Shown: positions 48,133 to 59,415, counted from the stretch's first letter. The stretch is 64,000 nucleotides of DNA from Planctomycetota bacterium (GCA_038231435.1 JBBRLJ010000028.1:13765-77764); one strand, 5' to 3'. The notes: generated from the letters alone by a model not told the origin. Made by a program: numbers and translations.

Positions 48133-51105
48133 CTATGCCGGCCGGAGCCGGGTGCCACGCTCGCATGCGCTTGCTCGGATGGCGTCGCCATGCTGGCGCG
48201 CCGCGAGCGGCAGCCGCTGCAGTCGCCAGAACAGGGACGTGCCCAGCACCAGGGCGAGACCTGATCCGAGCCCGCACGAGACGTGGGAGTGGCCGCCGCC
48301 ATCCGTCGACGCGCCCCCGTGAGCGGGTGGCGCGGCCGGTGATGCAGCCGCTACGCCTATGGACAACGTAACGATCAGCGTGCCCGTGCCGTCGGCATTG
48401 CTCGCCGAGACGGTGATGGACGAGGTCCCGAGCGCGGTCGGGACACCGCTGATCAGGCCGGTGGCGGCGTCCAGCGACAGGCCTGTGGGCAGGCCGCTCG
48501 CCGAGAAGCTGGTGGGGGCATGGCTGGCGGTGATCGCATAGCTGACGACCGCGCCGGGCGCTGCGCTGATGGACACGCCCGAGGTGATCACCGGCGAGGA
48601 CACGGCCGAAGCCTTTACCAGGATCAGCGACGCGTGCGGCGCGATGACGACGCTCCCGGATCGACGCAGTCCATCCATGTCGACGTAATCCTCGGAGAGC
48701 GCGACCGTGCGCGGCGTGCCGCCGCGATTGCATTCGAAACGCATGCACGCGTCGGGATCGGTGAGCGCGACCACGGCCGGGCAGAGCCGGACATTGTCCA
48801 TCCAGAACGGGCCATGGGCGCTCGATTCGTTGAAGTCGAAATCGACCATCGGGCTGGCGGTGTCGACGGGCGCGGTGAACAGGTATTCGCGTTCACCGCG
48901 CGACGTACCAACGCCTCCGAAGCTCGACGGCGCGAGGCGCTCGCCCGCGAGGTTGCGCAGGTAGACCTCGAAGGACAGCTCCCCAGAAGCGATCGCCGAG
49001 AAGCGCAGCACGTACGACTTCGTCGACTGCACCGCCTGGACTCCGAAGGTGAGGATCGACGGATTCGGGGTGCCCGAGGCCGGCTGGAAGCCGAATTGCA
49101 TGGCTCCGCCATCGAGCCTGCCGCCGCTGTTCCACGACACCGTCGCGTTGTTCGCCACCGACCACGCGCCGGCATCGTTGGTTCCGGCGTCGAATGTCGG
49201 GTTCCCGTACAGGTTCGCGCCCAGTGACGATACCGTGTACGGCGCGATCCTGACCGCTGCGGTCCGCGACGCGCCGTCGCGCAAGGAGTGGCTCTTCCAG
49301 CGCTGGAGATCATGCGCCACCGCCACCTGACCATTGATCTTGGTGGTGATGGTGAAGCCGCCGTCCTGTGCGCGAGCATCCAGGGGACGGGCGTAGCAGT
49401 TGCGGTCGAAGGGGCCGAACTGGCCGAAGTCGTCGGCGTCGGACCACAGATCGAGGACCAGCTGGTGGGACGTGCGCGAGCAGAAGATATTGTCGGTGGA
49501 CACCACGTTCCTGATCGGATCGGTGCCCGGCGAATTGAAGGAATGATCCATGAGCATCTGCCGACCGTTGCCGAATACGGTGTTGCCGGTGATGGCGATG
49601 TCGTGGGCGTTGTGCAGGAAGATCCCCGAGGCGCTGCAGTAGGCGATGCTGTTCCCGGACAACTCCACGTTCGGAGTGTTGTCATCCAGGTAGATGCCGT
49701 GCGAGTATCCGGCGGTGGTTTCGGTGCCGGCCGGAGCGCCGATGCCGTTGAGCACGATGTTGCCCACCACCCGGCGGCGGGTGAACGCCGGCGGGTTCAT
49801 GCCGCTGTAGGTGTAGATCCCGCCGCCGTCGTCCTTCAACAGGCCGAATCCGTCGATGACGTTGTCGCGGACCAGGACGTCGTTGCCCTGGAAATTGATG
49901 GCGATGTACCCGGTGCGTTCGATGGAGTTGTCCTCGACGATCGAGCCGTCGCCGAAGGCCATGATCGCCTGGTAGGTGCCATCTCCGCTGCCGCCCATGC
50001 CGGCGATCACCGCGGTGTCGGTGATCGCGTTGCCCCGGATCACCGCGTGCGGACCTTCCGGATAGGCGCAATCGATGGCGATGTTGCCGGTCCAGGCGAT
50101 GGCGCAGCGCTCGATGGCGATATGGTCGGATCCCGATCCCAGCACCGCGTCATTCCCGGAGCAGGCGATGGTGCAGTCCTGGACGCGGATCCCCACCGAG
50201 CCGTGCGCATCGATGGCGTCGCGGTTCGCCTCCAGCAGTGCCAGGCCATCGATGGTGATGTCGTGGCGGCCGGCGACGTCGACGAGCGTGTCGATCGCGC
50301 CGACGCGGACAACACGGACTCCCGGACCCGCCGGCCCGAAACACACGCGCAGCTTCGTGGTCGAGGGATCGAAGTACCACTCGCCGACGGCGTCGAGGGT
50401 CCGCGCGTCGTTCTGGATGAAGTAGCCGAAACCCAGCTGCGGCTGGTAGACCGAGGCACTGGCGTAGCTGACGGTGTTTCCGGAATGCGCGGTGATGCGG
50501 TTGCGGTCGATGATCCAATGCACCTTGCGGATGACCACCTCCGCCCCGGTCCAGTCCGGCGTCGCCGAGAGCTGGAGGTCGGTGATCGAGGTCGTCCCCA
50601 CGTGCGACTCGAAGGTCAGGTAGCCGCCGTTGGGGGCGTCGGCGTTGGGGAAGCGGCCCATCGCCTGCATCGCGCCATCGAGCGTCACCACGTTCACCGC
50701 CGCGGCCGCACCCGGGCACGCGCACTCCCACACGCCGCCACCGACCGCGGTCCAGCCGGTGGCGACGATCGATCCCTGGATGACGGGCTTGGCGCCCGTT
50801 CCGTACGAGCCTGCGTAGGAGCCATACGTGATCGGCGCGCCGACCGCGCCCGAGGCGCTCGCCACCAGCGCACCCGCGAAGGACTGTCCGCTCTGGAAGA
50901 GCACGCGGTCTCCAGGTGCCAGCATACCCTGGACCTGGGCGCTGCTCACGTGCGCCAGCGTGCGCCAGGCCAGCGATGGCGACGCACCGCTCCGCGCATC
51001 GTCGCCACCCAGTGCGTCGACGTAATAGATCGCCGCCCCAGCCCACGGATGCAGTACGAGCAGGATCAGCAGCGATGCCGACCGTCGGAAGGTGCTGGTC
51101 GTCAT
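48133..51105 (-). CDS. Secreted right-handed beta-helix protein with CBM-like and putative Ig domains and a CGLG C-terminal anchor
   Basis: YYVDALGGDD..G.SP..AWRTL, DGGGIY, GIYLDD, GIFLHN; ASGLPTGLSLDAATGLISG; SCGLGSG-TM-RLQR. Confidence 0.85.
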   Translation of the reverse strand: MTTSTFRRSASLLILLVLHPWAGAAIYYVDALGGDDARSGASPSLAWRTLAHVSSAQVQGMLAPGDRVLFQSGQSFAGALVASASGAVGAPITYGSYAGSYGTGAKPVIQGSIVATGWTAVGGGVWECACPGAAAAVNVVTLDGAMQAMGRFPNADAPNGGYLTFESHVGTTSITDLQLSATPDWTGAEVVIRKVHWIIDRNRITAHSGNTVSYASASVYQPQLGFGYFIQNDARTLDAVGEWYFDPSTTKLRVCFGPAGPGVRVVRVGAIDTLVDVAGRHDITIDGLALLEANRDAIDAHGSVGIRVQDCTIACSGNDAVLGSGSDHIAIERCAIAWTGNIAIDCAYPEGPHAVIRGNAITDTAVIAGMGGSGDGTYQAIMAFGDGSIVEDNSIERTGYIAINFQGNDVLVRDNVIDGFGLLKDDGGGIYTYSGMNPPAFTRRRVVGNIVLNGIGAPAGTETTAGYSHGIYLDDNTPNVELSGNSIAYCSASGIFLHNAHDIAITGNTVFGNGRQMLMDHSFNSPGTDPIRNVVSTDNIFCSRTSHQLVLDLWSDADDFGQFGPFDRNCYARPLDARAQDGGFTITTKINGQVAVAHDLQRWKSHSLRDGASRTAAVRIAPYTVSSLGANLYGNPTFDAGTNDAGAWSVANNATVSWNSGGRLDGGAMQFGFQPASGTPNPSILTFGVQAVQSTKSYVLRFSAIASGELSFEVYLRNLAGERLAPSSFGGVGTSRGEREYLFTAPVDTASPMVDFDFNESSAHGPFWMDNVRLCPAVVALTDPDACMRFECNRGGTPRTVALSEDYVDMDGLRRSGSVVIAPHASLILVKASAVSSPVITSGVSISAAPGAVVSYAITASHAPTSFSASGLPTGLSLDAATGLISGVPTALGTSSITVSASNADGTGTLIVTLSIGVAAASPAAPPAHGGASTDGGGHSHVSCGLGSGLALVLGTSLFWRLQRLPLAARQHGDAIRASACERGTRLRPA

Positions 51106-51369
51106 GTCGTCAGGCCCTTGTCGGGCAGGCCTTGCCTGGAGACCCAACAGGCTCTCCCGGGGCCCAGGCTCCCATACCAGTACATCCCCACCGCAGGGCC
51201 TCCGTCACGCGGTTTCCGAGCGCGCCCCGAGCCCGGATGTACAGGTTTCCAGATCGTCGGAAACGCCAGGAGTGGCTGGACGTATGGATTGTGCCAGGAG
51301 CTGTCACCTGCCCCCGGCGGGCGCCGTTCCTCATTGTTCCTCACCTGACTGCTCACCGAATCAGAGCCC

Positions 51370-54300
51370 ATGCACCCGCGTTGCCTACGACCATTCGTGC
51401 TGGCTCTGCCATCCCTGCTGCTGCTGGGATGCTGGGCCGGCGCGGCTGATGCGGCTGATGCGGCTAATGCCCGCCTCGATGGCAACCGCATCGACCTGCC
51501 GGCCGGACGCGACGACACCGTCTATACCGTCTCGCCGGCTGGCGGCACGCTCGCGGCGACCCGGGCGGTGACCTGCGGCGGTTCGATCACGCTCGAGAAC
51601 GCCGGCAGCGGTGGTCTCACCGCGACCGTCTTCGCGGTGTCGCTGCGCGCGACCAGCGAGGACGATTGGCGTGGTCGCGCCGACAAGGCCGGCACGCGCA
51701 GCGACGTCGCGATCGACCTGCCCACTCCGGCGGCCGGCACTCCGGACGAGCGCAAGCGCTTCGGCGTCGCGGGAAGCGATGCCGACTGGGATGGGTTCTC
51801 CATCCAATGGGACGGGATGATCACCATCCCCACCGATGGCGTGACCCTGGCGACATCGTCCGACGACGGCTCGCGCGTCTGGCTCGACCGCAACGGCGAC
51901 GGGGTCGTGACTGCGGAAGAATGGGGCAGCAACAACTGGGGCGGCGGCCAAGGCACCACCGAGCGCGAGGTACATCGCGCGGTGCCAGCTGGGCGCTACG
52001 CCATCCGCGTGCAGTTCGAGGACGGCGGCGGACCGAATTCGTGCCGCCTGCTGTGGCGGGGCGCGAACGGGAACGCGCAGACGCAGGTGGTGCCGCCCGA
52101 GGCCTTCCGCCCGTTCGCCCGCCTGGTGGCGCAGGGCCCGGTGACGCTCGCCTGCCCGATCCGCGGCGGCGGCTTCCTCGAGTGCGGCGACGGCGTGCAC
52201 CTGGCCGTCAGGCCAGAGGTCGCGGCGCTCACCCTGCATGGGCGCGTCGCGCTCGCCGCCGATCTCGACCTGCGCGGGGTGCCGGTGCAGTTCGCGCCGG
52301 ACGCGGTGCTCGATTGCGCGGGGCACGCGCTGCAGCTCGACCGGGTGTCCACGAGCGGGGGTGCCGGATCCATCCTCTTGGGCGGCGGCCGGCTCACCCT
52401 GCCCGCCTCGGTCGTCGCCGCGACGCCGGCTCCGGGGCTGCCGAAGCCAGCGGTGATCCTGCCGTTGTCACTGGTCGGCCCTGGGACCCTGAGCGCGGCG
52501 CCTGGCACGACGCAGGTTGCCGGCTTCGACGACGCGGTCACGGTCGTCGGTCAGAGCGACGGCGATGCGTTCACCGTCCGCGACGCGCGGCACTGCCGCG
52601 CGCGGGTCGAGCTGCGCGCTCCACTGACCACCGTGCTCGCCCTCGGCGACGACGCTCCCGGCGACCGCTCGGTCGTGGTGGATGTGCAGGTGCCCGCTGG
52701 CGCGCCCGCGGATCTGGGCATCGGCATGTGGCGCGCCGACCGCACCGGCCGTTGGTTCCAGCGCATCCACGCGGGAGTCCTCGCGCCGGGCATGAATCGC
52801 GGCATCCGTTTCGATGTCGGCGGCGACGATGCGCTCCAGGCCGAGGGCCACTCCGGCCGCTGGACCGCCAGCGCGGCGATGGAGAGCGGCCATCTCGGCA
52901 TCCTCTGTTTCGCCAGCGAACGCGGCTCGGGCATGCTCGACGTCACCACGCATGTGGTCGCTCGTCCGGAGCACGCCGCTGGCCGCACCACCCTCACCGA
53001 CCTGGTCCTCGATGGCTGGGAGACCCACGCGATCCGCACCGCATCGGCCACCACCGGACGGCGCTGGGAATTGCACGTGAGCCCCGATCCCTACCCGGCG
53101 GATCCCTACGATGCGGCCGAGTTCCGCATGGACCTCGAAGTCACCGAGCCGGACGGCACGCGGCGGATCTTCGCCGGATTCCATGAACAAGAGATGCGCC
53201 GGCATGACGACGGCGATCGCGAGAGCTTCACCGCGATCGGCGCGCCCCGCTTCAGCGTGCGCTTCCGCCCGCGGGTGCCCGGGCTCCACCGGCTGCGCCT
53301 CATCACGTCGGATCACGGCGGTCCGGAGCGCAGCATGGCGCTCGGTGATCTGCTCGCCGCTGGTGAGCCGGGCGACGGCATCGCGCGCGTCGATGCCCAG
53401 GATCCGCGTTTCTTCAGCGCGGATGGGCGCTTCGTCTGGCCGCTCGGACACAGCATCAACTCGACCTACGACGTCCGATCGGTGTCCTCGCTGCATAGCA
53501 AGCTGACCATCGACCGCGGCTCGTTCGTTCGCGAAGCCCTGCTGGAGCGGCTCGCCGCCAATGGTGGGACCGGTTGCGAGACCTGGCTGAGCGCGTGGAA
53601 TCTCGGCCTCGAATGGATCCCGCGCTGGCCCGGCTACCACGGCACCGGTCGCTACCACGAGGGGCACGCCGCCGCGCTCGACCGCTTCCTCGACCAAGCG
53701 GAACGGCTCGGCGCGAAGGTGAACCTCAGCATCTTCAACCACGGCATGGCCCGCAGCGGCGAGGGCGCCGAGATGGAGTGGCCGTACCATCCCTACAACC
53801 GCGCCAATGGCGGCTGGCTCGATGCGCCGGAAGGCCTGTTCACCGACCCGCGTGCATTCGCCTACCAGCAGCGGCTCTTCCGCTACATCACCGCGCGCTA
53901 CAGCGACAGTCCTGCGCTGCTCGGCTGGAAGCTGTGGGCGGAAGTGAATCTGGCGAACGCGCCTCACGACGCGGTCGTCGAGTGGCACCGCAAGGCCTCG
54001 ATCGCGTTGAGCGCCGCGGATCCCTACGGTCGCGCGGTCACCACCCACTGGTGCGGCGACTGGACCGCCGCCGATCGGGCGATCGCCACCATCCCCACCA
54101 TCGGCTACCTGACCATCGACGCCTACCATGGCCCGGGCACCGCGCTGCCCGGGCTGCTCTGCCAGAGCACGCGAGATCCGCTCGCCCCCGGCGCCGGCTT
54201 GGCCGACTTGCGCAAGCCGGTGGTGGTCACCGAATTCGGCGGCAGTCCGGGAGCGTGCGCGGTGCCGCGACTGGAAGCGGAGCACGCCCTGGGGCCGTGG

Positions 54301-54741
54301 GTCGGATTCGTCTCCGGCCATGCCGCCTCGCCGATGCTGTGGTGGTTCGAGTGGATCGACCAGGGCGCGCGCTATGGCGTCTACCGCGCGTTGTCGCGAT
54401 ACATCGCCGGCGAGGATCTGCGCGGCAAGAACGCGGCGTGCGTGGCGCCGACCGCGACCGTCGACGGCGTGGCCCTGTGGTGCCGGGCATGGCGCGACGG
54501 CACCCATTGGCTCGGCTACATGGTCGACCCGGCCTGGAGCGTCAGCGGCGGCGAGGGACGCGCCTGGAGCGGTGGAACGCTCACTCTCGACGACGAGGTC
54601 TCCGCCCGTGAACTCGTGGTCGAGTGGTGGGATGCCGATACCGGAGCGGTGGTCGGCGGCGCGCGCATCGCCCACGGCGGCGGCAGGCCGGTATTCGCGA
54701 TGCCGGAGTTCCATCGCCACTTGGCGTTCAAGATCCACTGA
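51370..54741 (+). CDS. Secreted PA14 + DUF5060-like + clan GH-A glycoside hydrolase
   Basis: FSIQWDG..SDDGSRVW (PA14); DPYD..EVTEPDG; FRYITARY..WKLWAE; PVVVTEFG. Confidence 0.75.
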   Translation: MHPRCLRPFVLALPSLLLLGCWAGAADAADAANARLDGNRIDLPAGRDDTVYTVSPAGGTLAATRAVTCGGSITLENAGSGGLTATVFAVSLRATSEDDWRGRADKAGTRSDVAIDLPTPAAGTPDERKRFGVAGSDADWDGFSIQWDGMITIPTDGVTLATSSDDGSRVWLDRNGDGVVTAEEWGSNNWGGGQGTTEREVHRAVPAGRYAIRVQFEDGGGPNSCRLLWRGANGNAQTQVVPPEAFRPFARLVAQGPVTLACPIRGGGFLECGDGVHLAVRPEVAALTLHGRVALAADLDLRGVPVQFAPDAVLDCAGHALQLDRVSTSGGAGSILLGGGRLTLPASVVAATPAPGLPKPAVILPLSLVGPGTLSAAPGTTQVAGFDDAVTVVGQSDGDAFTVRDARHCRARVELRAPLTTVLALGDDAPGDRSVVVDVQVPAGAPADLGIGMWRADRTGRWFQRIHAGVLAPGMNRGIRFDVGGDDALQAEGHSGRWTASAAMESGHLGILCFASERGSGMLDVTTHVVARPEHAAGRTTLTDLVLDGWETHAIRTASATTGRRWELHVSPDPYPADPYDAAEFRMDLEVTEPDGTRRIFAGFHEQEMRRHDDGDRESFTAIGAPRFSVRFRPRVPGLHRLRLITSDHGGPERSMALGDLLAAGEPGDGIARVDAQDPRFFSADGRFVWPLGHSINSTYDVRSVSSLHSKLTIDRGSFVREALLERLAANGGTGCETWLSAWNLGLEWIPRWPGYHGTGRYHEGHAAALDRFLDQAERLGAKVNLSIFNHGMARSGEGAEMEWPYHPYNRANGGWLDAPEGLFTDPRAFAYQQRLFRYITARYSDSPALLGWKLWAEVNLANAPHDAVVEWHRKASIALSAADPYGRAVTTHWCGDWTAADRAIATIPTIGYLTIDAYHGPGTALPGLLCQSTRDPLAPGAGLADLRKPVVVTEFGGSPGACAVPRLEAEHALGPWVGFVSGHAASPMLWWFEWIDQGARYGVYRALSRYIAGEDLRGKNAACVAPTATVDGVALWCRAWRDGTHWLGYMVDPAWSVSGGEGRAWSGGTLTLDDEVSARELVVEWWDADTGAVVGGARIAHGGGRPVFAMPEFHRHLAFKIH

Positions 54742-55207
54742 GCATCCGGGCGCCTCACTCAGATCTGCTACTCCAACAGCCATCTGTTCGCCCAACTCGC
54801 CGAACAGTTCGCGCCAGCTTTCGCCGCGGCGCGCGCCGAGATCGAACGTCACCGCGCGTCCGGCGACACCGAGGCGATCCGGCGGGCCGAGGCGCGGTAC
54901 AACGCCATCACCAGGGACAGCGCCCGCGAGTACGAGCGCTTGTTCGCCCTGAAACATCCGGAAATGAAGCCCCCCGCGGCTGGCCGCACCGGCGCGGGAT
55001 CCTCCACGCACTGAGCTCGGGCCCGCTTCATTGCGGGCTCGTCGAGGGTTGCTCCGGCGGAGCATGCGCGCGCCGACCCGTGCGTAAGGTACCGCTGCAC
55101 TGCCACCTGCGCGTCGGACCCTGTGGCTCGTCCATGTCGCACCGCGGCTGAACCACAGCCACGGCAATTGTACGGCTCAGCCACGGTTGAAGCACGAAGG
55201 GAAGACC

Positions 55208-55444
55208 ATGGGCGAGACCAACGGCTCTCCGGAATCGCGAGTCGTGATCCTGCTCCGCGACGGACGCGCCCTCCAGGCGGCAGAGCGGTTGACCCCCGGC
55301 ATGGCCCTGCTGATACGCAACGACCTGCGCTACTGGCTGGTCGGTTCGCGATCGGTCGACTACATCGATCCCGAAGGCACCGTGTGCCGGCTCCGGGCCG
55401 AGGAGGTCTCCGGGATCGAGGTCTTGGAATCAGAAGACGCGTGA
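55208..55444 (+). CDS. Small hypothetical protein
   Basis: Short ORF with a purine-rich ribosome-binding site. Confidence 0.4.
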   Translation: MGETNGSPESRVVILLRDGRALQAAERLTPGMALLIRNDLRYWLVGSRSVDYIDPEGTVCRLRAEEVSGIEVLESEDA

Positions 55445-55756
55445 TCGCTCGGCGCCTTCGCCTGATAGCACCCGTCTAGCCGAGTGCACGCTGAGCCGGA
55501 TCTTCCAGCGCGGGCACTCGACCGCTGAGGCCCGCTCGTAGCGTTGCGGGATGCCTTTCGCCGGCCGTCGCGCTCGAGAGTCCATCCCGCGGTCCACGGT
55601 GAGCCTGCGGTTCTCCGATTGCCATGATGCGAACGGGCGGACAGTGGCGGCAGCTGCGCCGCGCCACCGGCCGATCCTCCCAACCGACCATCCCCGCGGA
55701 CATCCCCGCGACTATCCTCGCGACCATAGCCACCGACCAAAGCCAGAGGACATGCC

Positions 55757-56149
55757 ATGGATCAAGACCCACTCGCCCAGGATCACGACCCTCATGCGAA
55801 GGATCTGTCGATCCCGAAGAGCGAACGCACGCTCGCCATGATCATGCATCTGAGCGCGATCTCCGGGTACCTGTTCCTGCCTTTCGGCAATGTCATCATC
55901 CCCCTGATCATCTGGCTGATGAAGAAGGACGAATCCGCGTTCATCGATCACCAGGGGCGCGAGATCATCAACTTCCAGCTCTCGATGCTGTTCTATTTCG
56001 CGATCAGCGCGGTGCTGATCGTGGTGCTGATCGGATTCGTCCTCATCGGCATCCTCTATGTCTATGCCATCCTCGTCACCATCGTGGCAGCGGTGCGAGT
56101 TAGCGACGGCGTCCGCTTCCGCTACCCCGCGACGATCCGTCTGATCTGA
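55757..56149 (+). CDS. DUF4870 membrane protein
   Basis: ERTLAMIMHLS..PLIIWL..FID.QGRE.INFQ..FRYP. Confidence 0.9.
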   Translation: MDQDPLAQDHDPHAKDLSIPKSERTLAMIMHLSAISGYLFLPFGNVIIPLIIWLMKKDESAFIDHQGREIINFQLSMLFYFAISAVLIVVLIGFVLIGILYVYAILVTIVAAVRVSDGVRFRYPATIRLI

Positions 56150-56197
56150 TCGGCTACACCTGAGCGCGGCTCGCGCTTCCGACGCGACGAGGATCCC

Positions 56198-56941
56198 ATG
56201 ACGATCTCCCCCTTTCCAGGCGGCCGCAACGCCGCGGTATCCCTGACCTACGACGACGGCATCGCCAGTCACCGCGCCGAGGTGGCCCCGGCGTTGACGC
56301 GGCGGAAGCTCCACGGCACGTTCTTCTGTCCTGCCAATGCGGACGATCTGCACGAGCACGTCGATGGCTGGCGCGCCATGGCGGCCGCCGGACACGAGAT
56401 TGGGAACCACACCTGCTTCCATCCGTGCCGGTCCACCGACGGAGCCGGATGGCCCGACAAGGCCTACGACCTGCGTTCGTACAATCGCCGGCGCATCGAC
56501 GACGAGGTGCGCCTCGCGGCCCGCGTGCTGCGGCTGGTCGATGGCCGCGAGCGGCGCGCCTACGGCGCCACCTGCGGCCACACCACCTGCGGCAGGGACG
56601 CCGCCGAGGAATCGTTCGTCGACGCCCTGAGGCCGTTCACCACCCACGTGCGCGCGGCGCGCGGCGGCGTCCAACCGCTGGCGAAGCCGGCCTTCGTGAC
56701 CGGTAGCCACGCGGGCGACCACAAGACCGCCGCCGAGACCATCGCCGTGATCGAACCGATGCTCGCGAGCGGCGGCTGGCTGCTGATCGAGATGCACGGC
56801 GTCGGACCAGAGGCCCACCCGCTTCATGTGGTGCGCGACGAGCACGAGCGGCTGCTCGATTGGATCGCCGCGCGCTCTGCTCGGCTGTGGTGCGCGACCG
56901 TCAGCGAGGCGGCGGAGAGCCTCGCCGCTTTGCCCGCTTGA
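56198..56941 (+). CDS. Polysaccharide deacetylase (CE4/NodB)
   Basis: VSLTYDDG, GTFF, GHEIGNHTCFHP, MHGVG. Confidence 0.88.
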   Translation: MTISPFPGGRNAAVSLTYDDGIASHRAEVAPALTRRKLHGTFFCPANADDLHEHVDGWRAMAAAGHEIGNHTCFHPCRSTDGAGWPDKAYDLRSYNRRRIDDEVRLAARVLRLVDGRERRAYGATCGHTTCGRDAAEESFVDALRPFTTHVRAARGGVQPLAKPAFVTGSHAGDHKTAAETIAVIEPMLASGGWLLIEMHGVGPEAHPLHVVRDEHERLLDWIAARSARLWCATVSEAAESLAALPA

Positions 56942-56990
56942 TCGGCGGATCGGCTCGGGCTGCCCGACCCGGCGCCGTCATCCGCGATCG

Positions 56991-57572
56991 CTACAACGGG
57001 AACAGGATGTGGAACAGCTCGCTGCGGCTGCTGATGCCGAGTTTCACATAGAGCTGGTGCAGATAATTCTTCACCGACTGTTCGCGGACCTCCATCAGCT
57101 CGGCGATCTGCTTGTTCGAGCAACCCTTGAGCAGATGCGAGACGACCTCGCGTTCGCGAGGCGTGAAGGGCAGCGTCTCCAGGATGCGTTGGGTCCGCGT
57201 CGTCGCACCCGTGAGCCGCGCGCCCAGCAGCAGCCTGAGCGCCTCGGCCAACTGCTGGGTGGTGCAAGGCTTCTCCATCATGTAGTCGGCGCCCAGATTG
57301 AGCGCGGCGATGGCACGTTCCTTGTCGGCGAAGCTGGTGATGACGATGATGATGGCGCCTGGGTTCAGCTCAGGGACGCGCGCCAGCAACGAGAGTCCGT
57401 CGAGCCTCGGCATCACCAGATCGGTGATGATGGCCTGGAAGGACCCGTCGAGCTTCGCGCACGCATCCTCGCCGTCGCATGCGCCGAAGGTCGCGAAACC
57501 CTTGCGCGCCAAGCCGTGCACGATGAGTTCGCGCGCATCGATCTCGTCATCGACGATCAGGACCTTGTCCAT
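56991..57572 (-). CDS. Response regulator with a LuxR HTH
   Basis: LIVDDE, TDLVMP, EKP; TPREREV..GCSNKQIA..SVKNY..KLG. Confidence 0.92.
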   Translation of the reverse strand: MDKVLIVDDEIDARELIVHGLARKGFATFGACDGEDACAKLDGSFQAIITDLVMPRLDGLSLLARVPELNPGAIIIVITSFADKERAIAALNLGADYMMEKPCTTQQLAEALRLLLGARLTGATTRTQRILETLPFTPREREVVSHLLKGCSNKQIAELMEVREQSVKNYLHQLYVKLGISSRSELFHILFPL

Positions 57573-57796
57573 GGCCAGGCTCTTTCGCTCGTCGTCGCCC
57601 AGCGCACTGTCAGCGCCCGCGGCGAAGGTCGACACGCGTTCTAGCACGAGCCGCCTGGCTGGAATCCGTACCTAAGTTTGGTTACCAAGGTTTCGCGTCG
57701 CGGCGTCTACGCGGGCCATGATGCAGGGTCCGTCGCTCGTTCGTCGTGCGCACGCGTTGAGCAGCAAGAAAATCGGCCCCAGCCGGCGAAGCACGC

Positions 57797-58711
57797 TCAG
57801 CGTTCGGCAGCGTCAGCCTTCGGGATCACCGCGAGCTCGGCGAGCCAGGCCAGCGATCCGGTCTGCCACGCCGTCCACATCGGGCCCTGGTAGCCGTTCA
57901 GGCCATGCCCGCCGCTGGGCAACTTCAGGTAGACAGCCTTGATATGATGCGCGAGCAGCGCGTCGTAGAGATCCTGGCTGTTGGCGGGCGGCACCAGCGC
58001 ATCGTCCTGCGCATGCGCGAGGTACGCTGGCGGCGTGGCCTTGGTCACCTGCTGCTCGGCCGAGAACGACGCGACCAGCTCGGGCTTGGGCTCCGCACCG
58101 AGCAGGTTGGTCCTCGAGCCCGCATGGGTCTTGGCGCCCATGCTGATCACCGGATAGACCAAGACCATGAAGTCCGGGCGGCTGCCCTGCCGATCGATCG
58201 GATCCACGGCGTGCGCGTCTCCGGCATCGAAGTGCGTTCCTGCGGTGGCGGCGAGATGCCCGCCGGCCGAGAAACCGATGATGCCGACGCGCTTGGCGTC
58301 GATGCCCCACGTCGCCGCGTTCGCGCGCACCGTGCGCAGCGCGCGCTGGGCGTCGAGCAGCGGCACCTCGGCCCGGCCTGCGGGGAGTCGGTATTCGAGG
58401 ACCACGCCGGCGATGCCGTGCTGGTTGAGCCATGTCGCTATGCCGTGGCCCTCGGGGCCGGTCATGAGCATGCCGTAGCCTCCGCCCGGGCAGATCACCA
58501 TCGCCGCGCCGTTGGGCTTGGCGGCTTTGTGCACGGTGATCCAAGCCTGCGCCTGCTCGTGCTGGCCAGCGCCGGTCGGCGCCTCGCCGCTCCACAGCGG
58601 GATGCGTTCTTCCGGCGGGACGGTCTCGGCCCCCGACGCCGTGGAACTCATGAGCAGGACCGCGATCGCAAGCCAGCGAATACGGACGAGGAGGCGGAGT
58701 ACGCGAGCCAT
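57797..58711 (-). CDS. Secreted alpha/beta hydrolase (acetylxylan-esterase/BD-FAE-like)
   Basis: CPGGGY, GFSAGGHL, PDF..LVYPV, GGHG. Confidence 0.9.
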   Translation of the reverse strand: MARVLRLLVRIRWLAIAVLLMSSTASGAETVPPEERIPLWSGEAPTGAGQHEQAQAWITVHKAAKPNGAAMVICPGGGYGMLMTGPEGHGIATWLNQHGIAGVVLEYRLPAGRAEVPLLDAQRALRTVRANAATWGIDAKRVGIIGFSAGGHLAATAGTHFDAGDAHAVDPIDRQGSRPDFMVLVYPVISMGAKTHAGSRTNLLGAEPKPELVASFSAEQQVTKATPPAYLAHAQDDALVPPANSQDLYDALLAHHIKAVYLKLPSGGHGLNGYQGPMWTAWQTGSLAWLAELAVIPKADAAER

Positions 58712-58869
58712 GGGCGGATATCCTCGTGAGACGCGGGTAATGCCTTGGAACTGCGGTGCACGTCGTGCTTGTACGGCAATTCTCCTTCCATCCAAGGTGA
58801 TCCCGGGGCGGCAAGAGCGCTCGTAGGCGCCGCCTTGACAGTGATTCGCAGTCGGGTGTATCCTAGAGG

Positions 58870-59415
58870 ATGAATACCTGCATATGGAAACCGCTCCTGG
58901 CCGGCGCATCGATCACCGGCATGTGGTCCGCAGCCACCGGCATCCTCGAAGGAATGATGGTGGCGATCGCCTGCGCGGCCTGCGCCCTGTTCGCGTACGC
59001 CTTCGAACGGCTGGGCACCATCGAACGCATCCGCCGCACGCTCGTCCTCGTCGGCTGCCTGGCCCTGCTCTCGTTCGTGGCCTTCGTCGATTTCACCACC
59101 GGATACAATCTTTCAGTGCTGGTGCTGTACTACGTACCCATCGGGCTGTGCGCCTGGTACCTGTCGCCGATCCACGCCTACGTGTTCGCCGGATTGTCGA
59201 CCGTCGCCTGGGCGGCTGTGCATTTCGCCACCCCGCACCAGATCACGTCCCAGATCATACTGTGGAACTCATCGATGCGCGTGATCTCGTTCGCGCTCGT
59301 AGCCTGGTCGGTCGCCCGTGAGCGGCAGCACCGCGCGCGCGAAAGCGCGCTGCTCAACCAACTCGGCCTGACGCGTGGATCGTTGGCGCGCGGAAGCGCC
59401 ATGTCCGCCGCCTGA
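58870..59415 (+). CDS. Membrane protein resembling an orphan DUF4118-type sensor domain
   Basis: DFTTG..LSVLVLYYVPI..AWY..WN; no transmitter domain. Confidence 0.55.
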   Translation: MNTCIWKPLLAGASITGMWSAATGILEGMMVAIACAACALFAYAFERLGTIERIRRTLVLVGCLALLSFVAFVDFTTGYNLSVLVLYYVPIGLCAWYLSPIHAYVFAGLSTVAWAAVHFATPHQITSQIILWNSSMRVISFALVAWSVARERQHRARESALLNQLGLTRGSLARGSAMSAA

